In this document: positions 55,336 to 64,000 of the stretch, piece after piece
How the letters are laid out: each line of letters starts with the position of its first letter
Position numbering within the stretch: the first letter of the stretch is position 1
The notes under the pieces: model-generated
The model's database searches: none
The model's input: only the letters and a program-made list of their open reading frames with translations
Told to the model about the DNA's origin: nothing
Source of the DNA: Octopus sinensis
Lineage: Eukaryota
Reading direction: 5' to 3'
DNA length: 64,000 nt
Assembly (NCBI RefSeq): GCF_006345805.1
Contig: NC_043003.1
Coordinates: forward strand, 33,232,001 to 33,296,000
Program-made: the position numbers and the translations under genes

Positions 55336-55814
55336 CATACATACAATACATACATACATACACACACACATACATGTATGTATACACAGACACATATAAT
55401 CGGTGAAAATACGTCACAAAGTCATAAAGATACAAACAATTAGTCATGAAACCAGACCAGGTACCCAAAATCTGACATCAAACGAATGCCTGGAAATTCC
55501 AGGCAAACAAAAGTTGACTATAGGAAAGGCTACCATCGAACATATGAAATCACATATAACAAAATGATAGGTGAATAGTCGGTTGTTTACGGCACAGGAA
55601 GATTTATAAAATAGTTATACAGAACTGATCCCGCCTCTCACATCTATGAATCTTCCATCGACGATCGTCTCACTCTTTCGTTCTCCTCGTTCTTCTTTAC
55701 ATTCATTTATTGATTCATTTCTAATATTAATTCCCATGTTTCTTTAATTCTGTTATTCTATTACATCCTCCACTTCAATCATACATGATAGGTTTGTGTA
55801 TATTCATGTTTGGC

Positions 55815-55998
55815 ATTCGCCATGATACATCGCTAGCCACTAAACCTTTTCTATTTTCTCTTCCTGTTTATTTCTGTGTTCCTTTTTGTCGAAGAGCCTA
55901 GGCTCGAAACGTAAAAGACACCCTCACTTCCCGAGCGTTAAACTAATACATCTGTTTGTTGTTTACACACCCGTCTTTGCCTTTTGTTTTTGTAAATT
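55815..55998 (+). mobile_element. PLE pLTR-like terminal repeat with hammerhead-like motif (55882-55917)
   Basis: Homologous to 1280-1475. CTTT-TTGTCGA-A-GAGC-ctag-GCTC-GAAA-C-GTA-AAAG. Confidence 0.75.
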
Positions 55999-56022
55999 CT
56001 CTCTTTCTCTCTCTTTCTCTCT

Positions 56023-56075
<53 letters not shown>

Positions 56076-56122
56076 ACTATTAACTATACATTATATAATA
56101 TAATATAATATTAAATAATATA

Positions 56123-56192
<70 letters not shown>

Positions 56193-56525
56193 CAATTTGT
56201 GTTGCAAGATTCATGATGTGAAACCATGTGTTGAAACGAAAATTGCTGTATTTCGGGATGGTCATTTTCTTTCTTTTATCGCCATTCCCAAATATAATAC
56301 ACACACACATTGCAGGCATTCACTTATATATTTTTTTACATCTCTCTCTTTGATGACGGTATACCCAGCTTATGCTATTGTTACGCAATATCACGGTCCA
56401 TGTGCTTGAGTAATCTAAAAACAGCTGTAAAACACTGCGTTCATGTTCTCTATCTTAATTAAATGTTTTCTTTCGAATGAAGTCAAATGTTTTGCTTTTT
56501 CCTTTTTAACTTAAAATGTATGTGC

Positions 56526-56764
<239 letters not shown>

Positions 56765-57511
56765 GTCACGCCTCTTTCCTTCAAACGGGAAGGAAGAGCT
56801 ATTTTCATCATCCTTGTGGCTATGGCGAAAGAATGTATCTGGTGGACGCGTCTGAAAGGATTGGAGACAAACACTTTCCACTCTGGTCAATCTCTCATCA
56901 ACTTCTTCAAGTACCACTTGAAAAGGAAAGTGAGAGTAGAGAGGCAAGTTTTGTCTAGCGAATGTTTTAAAAAAAGATGGGTGAATGTAGCAAGGATGGC
57001 ACGTATGAATGACGAAGCCACCTTGAGCATAATCCTATGAACCCAGAAATTGAAAACAGAGGGTTACCCACTTGCAAACAAATGTGGTAACATATAACAA
57101 TATTGACCAAGGTTACCGTGGTCTTTTTCGTAGGCTTTTCTTCCCACGGATAAACCTTACTTGCTTTCCCCTTTACACCATATATCATAACACTGTGATA
57201 CACGATCCCTATTGATCGTTCTTTTTTTCCTCTTCCCCTTTTTTTCCCCTTTTTTCTTCTTTTTTCATTTCTCTTTCCTTTTGTTCCTTTTCCTTTTTTT
57301 TTTCTTTCTATTCTTTTTATTTTATTCAATTTTTTTGTTGTTTTTTTGTTTTTTTTGTTCTTTTCTTCCCTGTTACGATCCCTCTTGATCGAAAACCTAC
57401 GCCACCCCCTTTTTTTTCTTTTGTTTTTTGTTCTCTTCATCCCCCAAAAGAAAAGCTCTACCTTGTAACTTGTCCCATCTGTGTGCAGCCCTGTGTGGCC
57501 AATAAAGAAAC

Positions 57512-57512
<1 letters not shown>
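56765..57512 (+). mobile_element. 5'-truncated Tx1/L1-like LINE 3' end within a (TCTA)n array
   Basis: Open frame to TGA at 57040: EGRAIFIILVAMAKECIWWTRLKGL..SLINFFKYHLKRKVRVERQVLSSECFKKRWV, fitting the Tx1/L1 ORF2 C-terminal AK..IW..R...F...W pattern. A T-rich 3' UTR and AATAAAGAAACT are followed by TATC repeats. Confidence 0.75.
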
Positions 57513-57569
<57 letters not shown>

Positions 57570-57844
57570 GTTTGTCTACCTGTCTGTTTGTCTACCTACG
57601 TATCTACCTGTCTACCTATCTCCCTACCTACCTACCTACCTACCTACCTACCTACCTATCTATATATACATACATACATACATACGCACACACACACACA
57701 TACACACACACACGCATATATATAGCTGGTATGAATGTTGATGTAAGTTAAAATTGTATTCGGTGTATTCATATACATTCGATAATAAAAATATAATTTA
57801 TGTATCTGTACACACAATGCGTAATACCGCATTATCGTGTAAGA

Positions 57845-58720
57845 GCAACACCTACAGTCGGCAATGGATAGGCACTTTTATGAAAACTGACGACAATGTC
57901 TCTGTATGATAGCTGTTTTGCTTTTGGTTAAATACTTTATGACGGAGGATACTATTCATATCCCAGCAAACATAGAGTGTAAATTTTTTCGGTCGTAGTC
58001 CCGGTTTGGTCATAGAGTTTCCTTCTACATTGAGTGCTAACCATTGTCGTTTCCGATGCATATGATTGTAGAAAATACGAGAATCATTTAGATGATGAGG
58101 GACGCATTGACAAAGTATAGACACTTTTCCTAGTTCATGAAGGAGTTTTATGATTGAAATATGTCTTGAACTGGACTCATTTCCTAATTCTCGAGAGTGT
58201 TGTATTATTCAAGTACGGCTTAAGAAGCACTTAGGGCGGCGTGTTGTCCGAGCCAAATGCTTACCGGCATTTCATATGTTCTGAGTTTTAATTCTGCCGA
58301 AGTCTACTTAGCTCTTCATCATTCAGGGTCCAAAAATATAAAAGCCAGTCGAATATTGCGGGTCAATGTAATCGACTTACTGACTCCCCGAAGTTGCTAG
58401 CCTTGTACCAAAATTTGATACCAATGTTGGAAGTGCTTGGCCGTCCAAATCGAGGAATATTTGCAACAAAAATATTCCCGAGTAAAACTGATCAAACATT
58501 CGTTGACATGTCTTGGCGCTAAAATCTTCATTTCCATAAATAGAACGACTATTTTTGTCGTTTCCATTGCAGAAGAGTCCCCAATGAGTACATAGAACAT
58601 GCAGTATCTGGTATGTGTTTCTGATCTTAACTCATTTTGAATAACGTTAATAATCTATGTGAATTTGGCTATTATTGTATAAAGTGATCCGCAAAGGATG
58701 AAGAAAAATATCATTATAAT
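57845..58720 (-). mobile_element. Decayed mariner transposon interrupted by a SINE-B
   Basis: MFYVLIGDSSAMETTK.. HTH-like region, CVPHHLN (cf. WVPHEL) and RKRQWL..TKPGLRPKKFTLYVCWDMNSIL (cf. LH.KKVML.VWWD). Confidence 0.65.
58232..58428 (+). mobile_element. SINE family B, short-tail form
   Basis: AAATGCTTACCGGCATTTC..TTCTGAGTTTTAATTCTGCCGAAGTC..TAATCGACTTAC..GCCTTGTACCAAAATTTGATACCAAT. Confidence 0.75.
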
Positions 58721-58907
58721 ATAAGAATTAATGTTCATTTGCCCTCAGTGATGAAAATCTTCCCTTAAAAAGATCATATAAAAAGTGGAAATTACTTTTT
58801 CTAATGCTAACACACACATACAGACACACACGCACACACTCACACATACATGTACACATAGACACACACACACTCATATATACATACACACATACATGTA
58901 TTATATA

Positions 58908-59045
58908 CAGGAGCAGGAGTGGCAGTGTGGTAAGTAGCTTGCTTACCAACCACATGGTTCTGAGTTCAGTCCTATTGCGTGGCACCTTGTGAGTGGGTTT
59001 GATAGGCGGAAACTGGAAGAGACCCGTCGTATATATGTATATATA

Positions 59046-59109
<64 letters not shown>

Positions 59110-59340
59110 TATATATATATTCGTGTATGTGCTTGTGTGTCTGTGTTTGTCCTCCTAATATCGCTTGACAACCGATGCTGGCGTGTTTACGTCCTTAAAT
59201 ATTAGCGGTTCGGTAAATAACACCGATAGAATAAGTACTAGGCTTACAAAGAATAATTCCTGGGGTCGATTTGCTCGACTAAAACGCAGTGCTCCAGCAT
59301 GACAGTAGTCAAATGACTGAAACAAGTAAAAGAATAATAA
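58908..59340 (+). mobile_element. SINE family A with internal deletion and central (TA)n
   Basis: AGGAGCAGGAGTGGCAGTGTGGTAAGTAGCTTGCTTACCAACCACATGGTTC.. to ..GAAACAAGTAAAAGAATAA. Confidence 0.88.
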
Positions 59341-62300
59341 GCATGTTAACGAGTAATCCAGCATTTTATAACATGGCATGTATTTTAGGAAATTTTTGTA
59401 TTTTTGAACGAGTCTGTAAACTACATATAAGATTTATCTACAATTTCTTTACACACGTTGAAACAGAAGAAAAGCTAGGATGGCATTTATTTGTTTTAAA
59501 TCTGAATAAGTCTGCTAAGCAATGTCAAATGTCAATGAACAAACGGTCACTGACATTTTTTTACGCAGAGATATAATAAATGCTCTGAACGCAGTTGGAA
59601 TTTCTGATTGCAGTTATTTCGTTTAACTTACATCAATGATATCAATAACATAGCTACCTCGAAACATCCAAATGTATTGCTAACATATGCAGTGTGGGGA
59701 GAAATTAAAAGCAGTTTAGTGCATACGAAACAAATGAAAACTCCATCATGCATACATTCGAACCAACAATAATGTTAAAAACAACTATAAGCCTATAGAA
59801 ATATTCACACTATAAAAATCATTTCTTTGAAATATTCATATGCTGTTAGTGAAATTATCATGTCACACCGTGCTAAGATCATTTATACTGCCAAAACCCC
59901 TGTCGATATCTAAAATGATGTTTGTTGGACTGAGGCAGAGATAATTGTTTTAGTCATAGAGAGAGCACTGCAAATGTAACGTGATACAAACTCTAAACGC
60001 ATGAGTCGAGATAGCTGATGTTTCTCAGAATGATAGTCAGCTTTATAAATATTAAAAAAAATAACCGTTCCAGAATGTAAATGGAAGATAAAAGAGTGTG
60101 AATCAGTATGATGGTATTTGTTTTGACATTGGTATTTTTGGCTTTGTTGTCGGTTATGTACAGAAATCTTCATAGTACTGGTGGTGGAAACAAAAGTTTA
60201 TCGTTATTTGTGTGAGGATACAACGAATGAAACTCTTACTGCTTTGAAGAATCGAAGTTTAAAAAAATACCGGAAATAAAAAGAGAATGTAAATATTTAC
60301 ATAAAACAAAATACGCGGCGCATTTATATGCGCAGGAAGTATCAACATGTGAAAAAACATTACGTACAACAATAACAGGAACAAAATCAATCGTGAGCCA
60401 AACAAAAAGGAAAGAATAGTTTTTACAAGCTCATCTTTAAAAACTATTTGACTGCCTCTAAGCATTTGATCTAATCCAAAAAAGATAAAGTAAATACGGA
60501 TTTTTTTTCCAAATTCTCTGAGGCTTCTTCAGTTTCAGTCATTGAAAACTAAGTTACAAAGAATGTATTTCAACTTTTCAAAGCGCACACGACACAGTGA
60601 ATCCGACAAGGAGAACAATTTAGTAAAATTTTGCATAAAAATTGTGATACGAATCTGATTCTTTAATGTGTGTAGTTCATGCTGCATTGGCTATGTCTAC
60701 TTTAGTATTTTTTTTCCTTCTTAGGGTAGTTTTGATTTCATTCTTTGTATCTTTCTGTGGGTTGAAGAGACATGTGTATAAACAAAACGGTTTGGAAAAT
60801 TGAATCTATGTTATTTTAGAAAAAACGTATAAAGATTATTTATCACACTAGTTCCATCAATCTCTGTTTTTAGCGATTATTGTTTGTTAACTAATGCAGC
60901 GTTTCCGATGATAACACATTTAAGGTAGTAAATACTATAACTTAATACTGGGAACTAAAGCATCAACAACTGCAACTAAATCTACTACAGCATAAATGCA
61001 AAAATAAAAAAAAAATTATAAGAAATTTATAAGTAAACTAAAATGATTGACAAAGAAAGACCGCGTTATTCTGAGAGGAAATTTAAATGTAGCTATCATG
61101 GAATTCATGTAGAAATTTATCCATAAAAAGTGAATGAAAAATGTTCATAGTAGTACTTAGTAGGAAAAAATGATGTATTATTTAATCGAAAATCAAATTG
61201 AAAAGTAATTCGTTTTTGAGCCATTGAAACCATTGTGTTTCAGGGATGCATCAAAGAAATTCATCCATGTAGACGATATATCTGTTCTTGTTAGAATGGA
61301 AAGTCAATACTATACAATAAAGTAATCTTCAACAATCATCACAAAAGAAATTTTAGGTACTTATACTGATGAACCCATTCTATTGACTGAATGAACCAAT
61401 ATAAAAAAAAGCTAGGTTGCAAATGGAAACCTGCTGAGACTTATGGGGAAAAACAAGGAAGCAATATTTATTTGATGATTTTGTAGAGCATGTGCGACTC
61501 CTCTGAAATAATTGCGAAGAATGGACTGATTATACCATACTATTAATGGGTGTTTAGCTTGAAAATAAGGAATTAAGTGTAACCATTCTGTGTTTTGAGA
61601 ATTGGGTGACAGAATTGGTAACATCTATTTTTAAAAACGAATGACGAAAACTCCTTTGTCTCTTCACCAAGAAAGAAAAGATGCTATTCTATAGAATAGG
61701 CCTCCACTTACACATGGCAGAAATTCAAAGGGACGTCTAAGATAATTATAATTTGCGTTGTTTAAAATAATTGCGACGTAACTATTTGGGAATTGTTTTT
61801 ATGAAATCAGGATTAAAAATCAAAATATATATATGGACTTGGAAATAACATGGCAGAGCAAATTACAAGTTGCATCAAGTGAAATTTACACGTCTAAAAT
61901 TCGACAAATCATTTGTGAAACAAAGAACACATAATATTGTGTCGTAACTTGTTGTATTGACTGCCTCACAAGGATAGCTATGTTCAAATTCCTCTTAAAT
62001 GGTAATCACTTAGTTATAACAGTTGTTTTCTCCTATAAAGTATCTAGTAACAGAGCAAACTGATAATTTTATGCGACATACATAGCTTTTCCAATTTTAT
62101 ATTGGCTTTTATTTTGTTATGAATAAAGAATCCACAGATAATCCTTCAGTTTTCTTTTTATTCCAGCGAAATCCCATATATGGTATTAGTGTTACCAACT
62201 TTTTTTTTTCTCTTATTAGATTGCTGTTTTGTCTCGTGTTCTAAATCACAATGTATTTTGATTGTTTCTTGCAAATGCACTGAACACACTCTAGAAAGTT

Positions 62301-63153
62301 CCAAATCAATGTGTACCAGCAAAAGTCATGAAGTTTACAATTTTTGGTAATAATTGAAACTTGCACATTACTCTGATGGAATGAAAAAAAAAAGAGTTCT
62401 GTGTCTATATTATGTTTTTGATACGTGTCGGCAGTAATATTCTAATGTATTGGTATCTTTCTAATATTCTCGATCACTGAACATGAGGTTAAGTATAATG
62501 GGACATGCAGCTGTGAAACCAGTCTCATTAATGGTTTTGAGATAAAAGTTCACATCTGATATTAAAGTGGACTCAAGTGACAAGCTGACACGAATGTGTT
62601 TGTCGAAACATCATCACTAGCAAGGTCAGCAACCAAAGCTAAAGTGCCTCTTTACACATAAGATAGAATTAACATCACCTATTGTTATTATGTAAACAAT
62701 GACAACCCTTTCGTGAGCTAAGCAACGGATGAGTTACGAACAAGTAGTAACAACAACAACAACAACAGCAACAACACCAGCAGCACCATCAACAACCACC
62801 ATAACAAAGGTGACAACAACAACAACAACAAATGCAACAAAAAGAATAAAGGAGCTGAAACACAAACCGGTGCAACGACTTAGATTAGTTCTTCTAAACT
62901 ACCATCTGCTGAAGCGGCCAAGTCATTTCTTCAGAGAATACAATCCTCTGAAGAGGAACTTTAAAATGCTAGACAGCTAGTCGAGGGAGACAGAATAGCT
63001 GCAAAAGTAATTACTCCCATTGACACAATCCAGTTTACAATACTCCGCACAGTGACGTACCGAACAATCAGTTCAAAATGATAAAGGGTGGAAACTGCCA
63101 CACAAGCTCAAATACAAAAAGATTTAGGTTCTGCCTAGAATCTAAAAGAATAT

Positions 63154-63723
63154 ATGCATCCTCTCAAAAGCGAGGAGCCGATGTTAGTCTCATTCTACTG
63201 CGATGAGAGACGTGCGAAAATCATAATTCAACAGGTTTCACCAGAAATAGCCATTCCTAGGCTAATTGCTGGAGTGACGATAAACATCGAGGAAAACTCG
63301 AAAATCCTCGAATCCTATCAGACCAAAAAGGAGAACTGGTCTGGGATGACCATAGAACTCCTCATACAAACGATACAAAAAGACCAGATCCGTCTTTCAG
63401 GAGGCAGCATAATTCCAGTCAGGGTAGATAGAAGGAAAGCAAAGTTCCACATTTGCTTTTCAACTAACTATTTAGAAGCCTGCTGCCCTAGACTGAAGGA
63501 AAATAGAGTGGGGCATCTCTCTTCCCTACAACAACAACGGCCCCCAGAATTCCAGAGACAACAACAGCACCACCATCACCATCATCAGATTCATCCGTGG
63601 TACCACCAACAGCAACTACCATACCAACACCAAGTTTTCCCCCCAACACTTCTCAGCACCCTGAGATGTTCCACTTCCCGATGCGGAGCGGGTGGAAATC
63701 ACAGGTGGAGAAAATGGCCGTGA
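63154..63723 (+). pseudogene. Probable decayed non-LTR (Tx1/L1-like) ORF1 gag-like protein
   Basis: 189-aa ORF: AKIIIQQVSPEI..WSGMT..IPVRVDRRKAKFHICFSTNYLEACCP resembles V.I..VP.E..GR.P.CxxCxxxxHxxxxCP with a mutated zinc knuckle, followed by Q/H-rich low complexity. The upstream frame has stops. Confidence 0.5.
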
Positions 63724-64000
63724 TGGGGAGTGGAAGTTAAAGAAAGAAAACAGAAAATAGACACAATGAAAAACAAGTATATGGACAAACAGCAACAGTC
63801 CTCATCCACGCAGTAGGAAGTAAAAAGTTAAAGCAACCAAAATAAATACACTCAAAACAAACACTGCGTCGACACCATCACCACTAACACCTGGAATTCA
63901 GGCCATCCCACACACGCAACCACAGCAACAACAATCACAATACAACCATCACCACCACTTAGACTCGAAGGGACGAAAGCCGCTCAATGGGTCCGAGTAG

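Noticed and set aside
59560-62700. Long microsatellite-free AT-rich region with splice-like signals (e.g. TTTCAG at ~61243, AG|GTACTT at ~61296)
   Set aside because: Candidate exons contain stops in all three frames. Nothing supportable, though it could be UTR, intron or old transposon DNA.

Overview
This is AT-rich eukaryotic non-coding DNA packed with microsatellites ((TA)n, (TG)n, (GATA)n, (TAA)n, (CATA)n, (CTA)n, (ATG)n) and decayed transposable elements. The SINE families and composition suggest an octopus or other coleoid cephalopod genome (inference, not tested). I found no intact host gene, RNA gene or CRISPR array, and almost all ORFs in the supplied track are microsatellite translation artefacts. 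Recognisable elements are two abundant tRNA-derived SINE families (called A and B here), Penelope-like element (PLE) remnants with hammerhead-ribozyme motifs and inverted duplications, R4/Dong-like, Tx1/L1-like, CR1-like and RTE-like LINE remnants, three Tc1/mariner remnants and a Helitron-like 5' end. The strongest observation is a SINE-B subfamily whose 3' tail matches a Tx1-like LINE 3' end. All three such copies abut GGTAT, two of them inside older SINE-B copies, and two have target-site duplications (TSDs), which suggests a site-specific, self-targeting SINE. Also notable are a Tx1-like LINE whose two copies both sit inside (TCTA)n arrays, a 3.6-kb element with inverted ends, a near-canonical hammerhead and a higher-order internal repeat, and a ~560-bp near-perfect palindrome. 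All alignments and coordinates were made by eye.
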